A DNA stretch of 64,000 bases from Cyanophora paradoxa CCMP329 (taxonomy: Eukaryota; Plantae; Glaucophyta), in assembly GCA_004431415.1 (NCBI GenBank), contig QPMI01000063.1, forward strand, positions 124,001 to 188,000, given 5' to 3'. Both the position numbers and the translations under genes were made by a program. Numbering within the stretch: position 1 is the stretch's first letter; every line of letters starts with the position of its first letter. Under the pieces are notes generated by a model. It saw nothing but the letters and a program-made list of their open reading frames with translations. It had not been told where the DNA came from and made no database searches. This document shows, in pieces, positions 13,877 through 25,127 of this stretch.

Positions 13877-14203
13877 GCTTGGACTCCAGCCTTGGAGGCT
13901 GGAGCCTGGAGCCTGCCGACTCGCCGCTGGAGCTTGCGATTGCAAGACAGCGCTAGCGCTGCAGCCTGCAGGCTGCAGCTGCCAGGCTGGCCAGTGGCCA
14001 TATATATATGCATCATGCATGGCGTGAGTTGTGTCACACACACAGCTTACAGTGTGTACAGTACTACAGTGTACTACGGTACCCCCTGTAAGTTCTGTAA
14101 CCCCCAAACCTCGGACGTCCGGGCCCCCGGCCCCCCGGGCCCCGGCCCGGGCGGCCGGGCCGGGCTCCGCAGACTGACCGCAGTCCCTACTACTCCGGAT
14201 CCC

Positions 14204-14460
14204 TACCGTAAAACACTTAAGTAATGCGCCGGTAAGTAATGCGTTTTTGGACCCGGACCCCCAGTTCAGTTAATTATGCGCTCCCGAATTAATGCGTTTT
14301 GAAGCCTTTGGCTGTGCGAGGGGGGTACATACCGCAGTTCTCTTAGCGCTGGCTTAGCGCTATTAATGCGCCCCCAAATTAATGCGTTTTGTCAGCGGAA
14401 AACGCATTATTTCGGGACCGCATTACTTAAGTGTCCGCATTACTTAAGTGTTTTACGGTA
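14204..14460. mobile_element. Intact ~255-bp MITE with TA target duplication
   Basis: Perfect 25-bp inverted repeat including the TA: TACCGTAAAACACTTAAGTAATGCG ... CGCATTACTTAAGTGTTTTACGGTA. Subterminal TAATGCG repeats. No coding capacity. Confidence 0.9.
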
Positions 14461-14749
14461 GTACCAGGTACTCCGTACTCGGGACTCGGGACTCGGGAGA
14501 GTCGGGAGTCCGGCGGGCCGGCGGCGGCTCCCGGGCCCCGGCCCCCGAGTCCCGGGCCGGGCCGGCCGGCCCCCGGGCGAGTCGCCGGCGACCAGTAGCC
14601 TGGCGCGGTTATTCTTCACCAAAAAAACAAATTACTCTTCAAGCGCAGTTGCAACTTGCAAGTTGATAAAAATTCACCGAGTCATGCATGATCAATTCAA
14701 GAGCGACGTACTGTAACGCCGACGTTACTCTAGGAATGCTTTTTTAGCC

Positions 14750-15002
14750 GATGTTTTAAATTGCCGTAAATTTCCGAGAAGCCGAATTCAGCAATTTTAA
14801 GCCACGGCAATTCTCAGGGGGTAGGGCTAAACGGCCGCTTCTGTGTGGCGCTGCATTGGCGCAGCATTGGCGCTATATATTATTTTAATTATGTAGAAGA
14901 AATTCAGAGTTTCGGTAATTTATCGCCACGGCAATTCCGGTTTTGGTCGAATTAATTCGACAATTGCAATTTAACTACACGGCAATTTAACCACGTACAC
15001 GG
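14750..15002. mobile_element. Truncated MITE-like fragment (one end recognisable)
   Basis: Repeated CACGGCAATT/AATTGCCGT motifs ending in ..ACGTACACGG, the same terminal type as the neighbouring elements. No matching left terminus seen. Confidence 0.45.
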
Positions 15003-15139
15003 GGGCCGGGGCCCGGAGCCTGGGCCGGTCCCGGACTCCCGGCCGGAGGGCCGGACTCCGGGAGTCCGGCCGGACTGGCCCACTGGGCCAGTGGTCACGG
15101 AGTGGTGGCGCCGCCGGGCCCGGCGGGCCGGGCCGGCGT

Positions 15140-15275
15140 GTCCGTTCTCTTGATCCTTCTTGAATCTTGATAATGTGATTTGTGATACTAGTAGTCTGCT
15201 GAATCTTTGATTTGTGATTTGTCATCCTTAATATCACTACCTACGGGGGGTTCCGAGGGTTCGCCTCACCGTAGT
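15140..15275 (-). repeat. Dispersed repeat copy 1 (hairpin followed by GTAG; possibly a Helitron-like end)
   Basis: Shares ~100-130 bp with 55380-55510, including TTTGTGATT..ATCCTTAATATCACTAC..CTACGGGGGGTTC. Confidence 0.65.
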
Positions 15276-15635
15276 CTCTAAAAAAAAGCCATCGCCTCAG
15301 AAAGTTGACAGATCTAGAAACTACGCATCGTAACGCATGCGCATCAATGGACATTGACTCAGTGAGCGCGAGCTGCGCGACAGGGTTCGGTTCGCCCGGA
15401 TCGTGCGCCCGCGGCCTGTGCCGCGGTGGGAAATTGGGAATGCGGGATGGTTTTAATTTCGATGCTATCATGTCATGATCAAGAGCCTCGGAGGCCCGCG
15501 CGCGGCCTACAGCAAATAGAACGGACAGTCGACGATCTCAAGACCTGAAAACTTGAAACAACTCTGGAAATCTCGATTAAACATCAAGCAATCGCGATCG
15601 GCTTATGCTCATCATGGCATCGACTAATTATTAGC

Positions 15636-18600
15636 TTAAGCGTCCACGGACATGGAGCGGGACAGGGTGCGGTACGCCCGGACCGGGCGGCTGCGATCGA
15701 GAGAGGGCCGTGCCGGCAGGTCAGAGGGGGAGCGGGGAGGAAAGACAGGGCTCGAGGGCCCGGCTGCCGGCCGCGGGCGGGGCGGGGCGCGCACCTCCGC
15801 TGCTCGTCGGCGCCCGGGGCTGCACGCGGGTTGCGGGACTCGGGGGCGGCGGTGCCGCGGCGGGCGAGGAGCTTCCCCAGCGCCGGCGTCATCGCCACGA
15901 TCTGCGGGGGCGGGGCCGCCTGTCAGCCGCAGCCGCCCCCCGCCAGCAACGCCGGGGGCGGGCCTCCGGGGGCAGCATGGCGGTGATCTGGTCGATCTGG
16001 TGCGACTCGAGGTCGAGCTGGCGCGACATCGGGCGGAAGACCGCCGCCCACGTCCCCGCCCCGAAGCACACCTGCCGACGCGATCGATCGCCTGGATCGC
16101 GGGCGGGGGCGGGGGGGGCGGGGGAGGGCGGACGGAGAAGACGAAGAAAAGGGCCTCGGCGATGGGGAGGAAGCGGGCGCGGTCGAGGCCCCGCCGGTAC
16201 AGCGCCCCCGCCGCCACGTCCAGGCTCTAAGCATGCACGCCCCTGTCAGGACGAAGGGGAGGCGGGCAGGCCGGGGACCGCGCGCACGTGGAGGAGGGCC
16301 TCGAAGCGCGCCCCGTCGATCGGGCCGCCGCCGCCGGCCTCTGCCGCCGCCGCGCGCCCGGCGGCCCCGTCACGTGGCGGAGCGGAGCGGGGCCGAGCAG
16401 AGGCGCGGGACGCGGGGCGCACCGGGGGGTAGGCGGCGAGGTAGGGGGCGTAGGCGCGGGAGGAGGCGTTGGGGTAGGCGGCGGGGCGGGCGGCGGGGCG
16501 GCGGCGGCGGCGGCGGGTCCCCGCGACGGCGTCGAGGAGCCTGCGGCCGTGCTGGAGGGCCCATGCGACGCCGGCCTGCACGCCCTCCTCCGTCCCGTCG
16601 AACAGCGGCGCGCAGCCGGCGCCGCCCTCGAGCTCGCGGGCGAGGCACTGGGCGAGGGCGCCCCCCTGCGAGGCCGGCAGCGAGGGGTCCCCCGGGTACC
16701 CGAACGCGTTGACCGCCGCGGGGCCCCGCACGATCTCCTGCGCCGGCCGGGGCCGCGTCGGGGGCGGCGCGGGGGGCTGGGGGGGGGATGGGCCGGGAAG
16801 GGGGAGGGGGCGGACGCTGTGCAGGCGCGTCAGGTTCCGCAGCAGCGAGTCGAGGCGGGCCGCCTTCTCCTCGGGCTGGAGCAGGTACCCGTCTGCCCGG
16901 CGCCGCCGCGTCAACTCGGGCGGGGCGGGGCGTGAACTCGGGCAAGGCGGACCCGGGAGGAAGAGCTCGCGGGAGAGGAGCCGCAGCTCGGCGGCCGTCG
17001 ACGCGCTGCCGGCCGCGCGCTCAGCAGGGAGTCGAGCGGAGCGGGGGGCGGAGCGGCGGGCACCGGAGGGAGGCGGCGCGGAGGAGGGAGAGGACTCCGA
17101 GGGTCTCCCCCGTCACGCTCGACGCCGCCAGGTACGACGCTGCCCGCCCCCGCCCCGCACCGCCCCGTGAGGCCCTCGGAGAGAGAGAAGGGAGGCGCTA
17201 TCTAAGCTGGGCAGGGCTAAGATAAGCTGCCCTGCGCGCGCCGCACCGAGGAGGACGGCGCCGATGATGACGAGCGCGGCGATGTAGCGCCGCATGAAGT
17301 GCGTCAGCTTGTCCGCCGGCGCCTTCGACGCCGCCCCGGGGCCCCCCGCCCCCGACGACGGCGCGGCGGCCGGCTCGGGGGCCGGAGGCGGGGCGGAGCC
17401 CAGCGCGGAGCCGCCGCCCCACGCGATCGAGTGCGTGCGCCGCGACGGCGAGGTCAATGCCACGAGCGGCACGCGCTCCGGCGTCTGCGCCGGCCACGCG
17501 CGTCGGGCGAGCGGCGGAGGGGAGCGGACGCGGGGGCGCACGGGCGGGGACGCCGGGGAGGGCGACTCGTTGTCGGATGGGGCGACGGAGGCGAGCGGGT
17601 CGAGGGCCGGCGCGTACTTGCGCGCCGCGGGCCGAAGGCCGAGCGCCCCGCGCCCGCCCCCGCCGCGCCCGCCAGCGCCGCCGCCTGCGCCTCGGCCTCG
17701 TCCGCCACAGACGCGATGCCCATGCCGGCCACGCGGCTCTTCGAGCGCGGCAGGTGGCCCGGCCCGTGCGCGCCCTGCCCGCCCCCGCCCCCGCCCCGCC
17801 GCCGTTGGAGCGGCGCGGGCCGGCCCGTCCTCCGCGGCGGCCGCCTGCCGGCTCGGGAGACGTGGCCCTGGGAGGGGTGCGCCCGGTGCGTGCGCGGCGC
17901 CAGCGCCTCTTCGATCGCGTCCGCCTGCGCCGCCGCCGCCGCCGGCGTCAGCATCGCAGCGCGGCGCGGAGCGGGGCGGGGCGGAGCAGAGTCGGCCTGC
18001 CTCGTCGGCGTCGGCGGCGGAAGAGAGGATGGGGAGGCCCGGCACGATGCCCTGCCGCGCGCCGGCGGACGTCAAGAGGGCGCCGCGCGCGCGCAGGCGG
18101 GACGGCGCGGGCGGGCGGGGCCGACCATGGCGGCGGCGAGGGTGCCGACGCCGCGGCGGCCGCGCTTGAACGACGTGTTGCGGGAGAAGCTGACGGTGCC
18201 CTGCCGCCCGCGCCCGCTCGGAGGGGCGCGCGACGGCGACGGCGGCGGCGGCGGCGCCATTCAGAGGGGCGAGCGGGCGCACGGGCGGGTGGCCGTGGGA
18301 CCGAGGACGCTCGAGCGGCGCCGCGGCGTCTCGAGGACGCCCACCCCGCGGCTGGCCGCCGCCGCCGCCGCGTGAGGCGGGGGCGGCGGCGCGGCCGCGC
18401 GGAGACCAAAGCGCACCCGGACGCGTCGGCCGCCAACGTCGACCCCAACGACCCCAACCCGACCCTGGAGCAGGCGTCAGCTCCCGCTGAACGCGCCCGC
18501 CGGTCCGGGCGGGCGTGGCGGGTGGCGGCGCACGTCGACGCGCTGGCGTTGGCGGAGGGCTTCACCGCGAAGCTCGGGCTCCGCCTGCGCGGCCCTCAGA

Positions 18601-21600
18601 AAAGGCCCAGGCCGAAAGCAGCGCGCCGCGCGAAACAAATAAATCAAAGCGGACCCGGCGGCGGCGGCGGTAGCGGCTTTAGCGTTGAGGGGCCCCGGGA
18701 GGGGCGCGGGGGCCGGGGAGAGGGAGTGGTACGCGACGCGGGCCTCGCCGATCGCGAAGCGCACGTGGAGGGCCGGGCCGCCGCCCTCGTCCACCGCCAC
18801 CACCGTCACCTGCGCGCGGCCGCGGACGCCCGCCAGCGCTCAGATGGGGTCCCCGGGCCGGCGGGGCGCCGCGGCCGGCGCCGCTCGCCTCGCCGGCCGA
18901 GTCCGCATGGGCGGTCGCCGCCCGCTCGCCGCCGTCTGCCGGCGCGTCCGGCGCGTCCTTCGAAAGCGGCGGCGCGCCCGCCTCGGCGCCGCTCTGCGAG
19001 GCCCGCGCGGTCGGGCGCCAGCCGGCGCCGGGGGCGGGCGCCGGCGCGGGCGCGGACCTCGTCGGGATCGGCGGCGGGCCCCGGGGCGGGCCCCTCCTCC
19101 TCCTCGCTCCCCCCGTCCCCCTCCGACGACTCGCCGATGTACGGCTTCGCCACTGCGCCGCGCCTCAGGCCGGCGCGCCCGCGCGCGGCGGAAATCGAGA
19201 GCGGAGGGGAGGGACCGTAGAAGGAGGCGACGGTGGCGATGGCGGAGGAGGGGATGCTGGCGACGAGGGCGCCGATGCCGCGCCGCTGCGCCTGCACGTA
19301 CCGGATCGCCGGCGAGAAGACCTGCGGGGAGGCTCACGAACAGGCGAGAGAGAAAGAGGAGGAGGCGGGGCGGGGCGGGGCGGGGCGGACGAAGAGGGCG
19401 AGGAAGAGGAGGTTGAGGGCCATGAGGTACGAGAGGGCCTCCAGCGCGAAGAGGCAGCCGCCCGAGACCCCCGCCACCGACCCTGCAGGGCTGAGCTGGG
19501 GCCGGGCCGGGGAGGGGCGGGGCGGGGCACCGTGGTGGGCGTCGAGGAGGTGGGAGAGGCCCGTCGGGGCGGAGAGCGCTCCGTTGTCGAACGCCGCCCG
19601 GAAGTCTGGGGGAGGCGATGCCTCTTCAATCAAAAGGGGCGGGGCGGAAGGCGCGGGGCGGGCGGCCCGGGCACCGGCGTCGAGGCCCGGCGCGGCGCCC
19701 GTGCCGAAGGAAAGGCCGGCGACGTGCCCCGCGAACGAGAGCCCTGCGCACCAAGTCGGCCGGCCGCGGCCCGAAGGGGCGGCAGGGGCGGCGGGGGCGG
19801 CAGAGCTCGCGGGGCGGACCGCTCTCCAGGAGCGAGGCGGCCGAGAGGCTCCACACGTACCCGTCCCCCGAGACGGACCCCTCGGGGGCCGGCCCCGCCC
19901 CCTGCAGCCGCCGCAGCAGCAGCATGCTCGGCACCTGCGCCCAGAGCGCGCGCGTTAGACCGTCGGACGTGGCGGAGCGGAGCAGAGGCGCAGGAAGCGG
20001 GCGGGCGGGCGGGCGCGCCGTGGGCTGGAGGGCGAGCTCCTGCAGGACGGGGTCGCTGGTCGCGGGGATCGCGGAGGGCATGCTCCCCTCGAACCCCACC
20101 GCCGGCGCCGACCCCGGCTTCTGCCACGGCGTCGGAAATTCAAAGGAAATTCAAAGCGGGGGCGCGGATCTCGCTCGCCTGCTCGCCGTAGACGAGGGCG
20201 ATGTGGTTGGCGAGGAACTCGCCGGCGGCCGTGCGGGCGGCGGCAGCGGCGGCGCGCCACTCGCCGGGCGGGCGCCCGGCCGCCTCGAGGAGCGCGGCGG
20301 AGCGTGCGCCGTGCAGCGCCTCGAGCGAGAGCAGCGGCTGCCGCCCCAGCACCCGCATGCGCGCCTGCCGCGGAAATTCGAGGGAAATTCAAGCCGGCGG
20401 CGCAGCGCGCAGGCGGGCACCGTGGAGACGGAGAGGGCGTCGCCGAGGCGCGCCTGCCGCCGCGCCCGAAAGGCCTCGGTCGGGAGAGAGGCGGGAGCGG
20501 GCGGGCGGGCGGGCGGGGGCGGGGCGGGTGCGCACGACGACGACGAGGCGGGCGGCGACGAGGAGGCAGAGGACCAGCAGCGCCAGCCGCACGCCTGCGC
20601 GGGCGCGCGGGGCGGGGCGGCGGCGTGAGCGGCTCTGCGGCCCGCGCGAGGGGGTGGCCGGCACCGATGCGGAGGTTGCGGCGGGCGGAAGATTTGCTGT
20701 CGGCGTCCTCGTTCCGCTGAGGGACGCTCGCGTCGGCTTCGCGGGATCTAGGGGCCGGGGCCGGGGGCGGACCTTGAGGACGGCGAGGCGGCGGCGGCGG
20801 TGCTCCTGGAGGATGAGGATCGCCTCCCCGCCCTCGGGGCTCGACGTCGACTCCACGCGCCCCGGCCCCGTCCCCGGCTCCGTCTCGGCGAGCGGGTGGG
20901 GCGACCCGTGGTGCGACTCGGGCGGGGGCAGGCCGGAGGGCCTCGGGGGCCCCGCGTGCGAGAGGGCCGGCGCGCGGGGCGAGGCCCCCAGGCGCCCCTC
21001 CTCGGCGGCAACCTGCGGGCCGCGCAGAGTTCGCTCGCTCGCTCGGACGGACCGCTGAGGTGCGCCCCGGGGCGCGCACGCTGGGCGAGTCCTCGAGCTC
21101 GTCGGCGTATGCGAAGAAGGCGTTGGCGATCGCCGGGCGGTTCGCCACGTCGCGCAGGAAGACGGCGTACGAGCGGTAGAGCCTGGTAGACGGGCGGGCG
21201 GGGTCGGCCGGCGCGGGCGCGCGGCGCAGGTTGCGCGCGAGGGCGGGCGCACTCGGGCTGGTCCGGGAATTTCGCCAGCGCCGCCTCGAACGACTCTGAG
21301 GCGAGAGGGCCGCGTTGTCGGCGAGAGGGGCGGAGCGAGAGGGGCGGGGCGGAGGAAGGGCGGACCCTGGGCCTCGCGGGAGGACTGCCGGATCTGCTGG
21401 AGCCGCGTCGCCAGCGCCTGCGCCACAGGAACGGGCCTCAGCGGGGGCCCCCGAGCGGGCCGCGCAGCGCAGGGGCGGCCGGGCGCCGGGCGGACCTGCA
21501 GGTCGCGCTCGGAGAGGGCCTCTCCGGCGCCGCCGGCGTAGCGCGAGTGCTTGGAGCACTTGCGCGCGAGGAAGCGCCAGAAGATCTTCCCGGCGGCGGG

Positions 21601-22115
21601 CGGGGACGGCCTCAGCGGGGGCGGGAGCGTGAACGAAAGCGGGAGCGGGCCGGGCGGACCTTGATGTGGGCGAGGGCCTGGTTCGCTGCCGAGCGCGCCT
21701 GGAACGAGCGCGGCGGCGTCGGCGGTGTCGGCGTCGGCGGCGTGCGCGCGGGCGAGCTTGGGTGGGGGCGCGGGGACCCGGGCACCTGCTCGGCGACCTG
21801 GACGAGCTCGAGGGAGCGGACGAAGCTCATGCTGTCCTGCGCCGCGCCCCCGCTGGCGACCTGCCGCCGCATCTGGAAGATCCAGAAGCGCAGGTCGATC
21901 GGCGGCTCCCGCGCCGTCGCGTTCTTGATCCGCCCCGCCGCCGCCTGCGCGGGGGGGGCGCGCCGCGCCGCGCCGCGCCGCGGGTCAGAGCCGGCGCGGG
22001 GCGTGCGCGGGTTCGGGGGCGGCCGTGCCTGCGCCCGGCCCGGCCGGTAGGAGAGGAGGAACGAGGCGTAGCAGAGCTGCGGTGCGGGTCGGACGAGGCG
22101 GCAGGGAGAGGGAAG

Positions 22116-22165
<50 letters not shown>

Positions 22166-24463
22166 GGGGGGCGGGGGGTTGCGGACGTGGACGTAGGGGC
22201 TGTCGGCGAACTGCTGGCAGCCGCGCTGGTAGAGCAGCTCCGCCATTGCCAGGCTCTCTGCAAGCCGGGCGGGGGCCGTGCTCACTTGGTCCGCGGCGCT
22301 GTCGGGGGCGGAGGCGGAGGGGGCGGCGGGGGCGCACCCTCGTCCATCCTGGCGCGGAGGCGGCGGGTGCAGACCTCGACCTGCCATGCCGCCCCGCGTC
22401 GGCCCCCCGCGTGCGCGAGGGCGGAGGCGCGCGCTGACCTCGCTCTCGAGGAGGAAAAGCATCTTCTCGGCCTGCGCGGGCCCTACCGAGAAGGAGGGGT
22501 ACGACGCGGCCGTGCGGGAGCTGCGGGTCGCCGGTTCAGCCAGGGGCGGCTCCGCCGCGGGCGCGGCGCGCCGCGGCGCGGCTGCCGCGCGCTCACTTGG
22601 GCGTCGGGGGCGAGAGCATCGAGAGGGCCTCGCGCTCGCAGCGCCGGCAGAGCCGCTGGAAGCGCTCGCCTGCGGCGACACGGCCCAGGGTCGGCGCCGG
22701 GGCCAGAGGGCGGCGGGGGCGGCCGGGGCGCACGGGAGGCGTAGGAGGCGGCGAGGCCCCCGACGAAGCAGAGGAGGATGAGCACGATCGAGGTCGCCAG
22801 GCTCGCCGCCGACTCTGAGCCTGCCGCGCGCCGCCCGGCCGGCCGGTCGGCCGTCGGCGCCGGCGCTGGCAAACGGGGCGGGGCGGGGCCGCACCGGGCG
22901 CGAAGCTCCGCTCGAGGATCGCGTTCGAGGCGACGAACAGCAGGACAGTGGAGACTGCCGCAAGGCGGCGTCGGAAGGCGCCGCGAGGGCGGCGGGCGGG
23001 GCGCGGGGGGAGCGCACGCGCGTAGGCGCGCATGTGGTTGACCCAGGGGAGGTAGAACGGCTGCGACGCCACGACGTAGACGCAGAGCCCCGCCGCGCTC
23101 ACTGCCGCCCCGCGCGCGTCGAGCGCGGCGCGCGGGGAGAGGGGGGGGGGGTACGCTCACGGGCGAGGACGGCCTTCTGGGCCCCGAGGTTGGCGGGGAG
23201 GAGGACGGAGAGGAAGACCAGCACCGTCCGCGCCGCCGTGTACCTGGGGTACCGCTCGCGCCCGCGGGGGGGGGTACCGTGAGGGCGGGGGGTACGCGCA
23301 CATGATGTTGTAGAGAGCGCGCGGCTTGGCGTCGAGCGCGTTCGAGAGGGGGCTCGTGTCCGAGAGCAGCCCGGCGATGGTGAGCGCGTACGGCTGCGCA
23401 GGGCGAGCTCGGGGAGGGGTACGGGGCCGCGGGCGGGAGGAGGGGGGGGGAGAAAGCGGACCACGCCGAGGATGAGGAAGAGGAGGGAGAGGACGGCGTA
23501 GGGTACAGCCGACGGGGACGCATACTGGGCGACGGAGGGGCAGGCGCGCCCGTGGCAGGCCGCCTGCGCGAGAAAGAGCCGCAGCCAGAAGATGTACTGC
23601 CGGCGGCGTTGGCGGCGGCGGCGGCTTTTAGGAGTGGGGGGTACAGCGCACGATGGCGGTGGCGAGGAGCTTCGCGATGCGCTTCAGAGCCTTCACGCTG
23701 GACACGCGGAAGCTGGGCGACTGCCGCACGCGCGCGCCGGCCCCGTCGGCCGCGGCCGGCGCGCGGCGCGGGCCGGGGCGCGGTGCTCGCGCTGGCGCAC
23801 GCGGAATGTGAAGAGGACGAGGAGGGTGAGGGCGGCCTGGGCGAGGTGCAGCGCCAGGACCGTCCAGAAGACGATCAGGGCCCAGACCTGCCCGTCCACG
23901 CTCCCGAACATCGACGTCGAGAAGAGATCCCCGACGAACTCGATCCAGGAGACCTGCCGCCGGCCCCGGTCAGCGCCGCGCCGCGAAGCAGAGGCGGGGG
24001 GGCAGCCGATCACCACCCGCGGATCCCATCCCACGCCGGCCTGCGCGAGACGCGGGGTCCCTCTCAGCTCCCCGCGCGCCACGACAAGCGAGGCCGGGCG
24101 CCGACCTTGATGGTGAGATTCAGCAGCTGCAGGTAATCCAGCACGAAGTCCACGAGCGGCCAGAAGTACGCCGAGAGCGGAGAGCGCCTCCGACCCCTGC
24201 GCCGGGGGCGCGCGCCGCGCGCGGTTGACTTGGGGCGGCTGCGAACGACCGCGCGCCCCTGGTACCTCTCGGTCACGACTGTGAGAAGCGAGAAGGCCAC
24301 CTGCGGCGGCACGCGAAGTGCGTAAGCGTGCTGGAGGGGAAGCGCGTGGCTGCAGATCGAGAACGTGCGGTGCGGGTCGAGCTCTGTGTGGCAGCGGGGC
24401 GCGCGCGCGCACCTCTTCCGCGGCCAGCCGCTGACCGGCAATGCCAGCGCCCGTGCCGATCAT
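15636..24463 (-). CDS. TmcB/TmcC (tiny macrocysts)/FXL-like polytopic membrane protein, many exons; start codon uncertain
   Basis: N-terminal multi-TM exons (WPLVDFVLDYLQLL; WALIVFWTVLALHLAQAALTLLVLF; SQPFYLPWVNHMR). TPR-like helices AELLYQRGCQQFADSPYVH..YASFLLSY..PPIDLRFWIF and RLYRSYAVFLRDVANRPAIANAFFAYADELE (~21090-21185). Further TM pairs, with IPSSAI and C-terminal FRPMSRQLDLESHQIDQITAMLPPE. Stop at 15636 after RTLSRSMSVDA. Confidence 0.75.
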
Positions 24464-25127
24464 CTCCTCCGACTTCCGCACCTCCCTCTCACTTACACCA
24501 CCGACCGCAGCACGCTGCCTTAGCTACGCGCATCCAGCGATGCAGCTAGCGCTTGACAGATTCCGCTGATGCGCCGTACGCGTGGTATGTGAAAGCCGCT
24601 AAGCCGCTTGGGCTCCTATCATGCCAGTGATGCCACACGCTGTTCCATAGTGCTCAATGCACTTGAAGTGCGGCTGTACCCCTCGCCGCGAAGCTTGCAC
24701 GCGAACCCTTCGGCGGCAGCCGTCCTGGCCCGTGCACAGCGGTGCACAGCGCTTCTAACTTCTCTTAGCACACAACCACACGAGCCAGGGCACTTCGAAT
24801 TCTCGCCGGAAAGGCGCACACCTGAAAGCTTGACCCGTCAACGCCGCAGCGCTGCTGATTCGCAGTATCTCCGCTCTACCAGCGCGCAGCAACGGCGCCG
24901 CTCCGCGGGGTGCCAGTTGCAAGGCGCGATTAGCTAGCTTGCAAAATTGAGCAAGCCCCGCCGCCAGCACGGGAGGCACGACAGCCGTCAGCTGGAAACT
25001 TTCCGAGGAGATGAGAGCAGAGCACTGACCAGGTGGACCGTCTGATCGCAACTAGCTCACCGGAGGCGGCTGCCGTGGCGGCGCCGGCGGCTCTCGGATC
25101 GGAGGTGTCGTACGCGTCGGCGCTGCA
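24464..25127. promoter_or_regulatory. Candidate bidirectional promoter between the Tmc-like gene and the rhodopsin
   Basis: About 660 bp of lower-GC sequence between divergent start codons. No specific motif identified. Confidence 0.35.

Noticed and set aside
22117-22172. ~50-nt poly-G run (and poly-C at ~34437-34488) giving poly-Pro/Gly ORFs
   Set aside because: Both lie in introns and homopolymer length is unreliable. Not evidence of a coding repeat.
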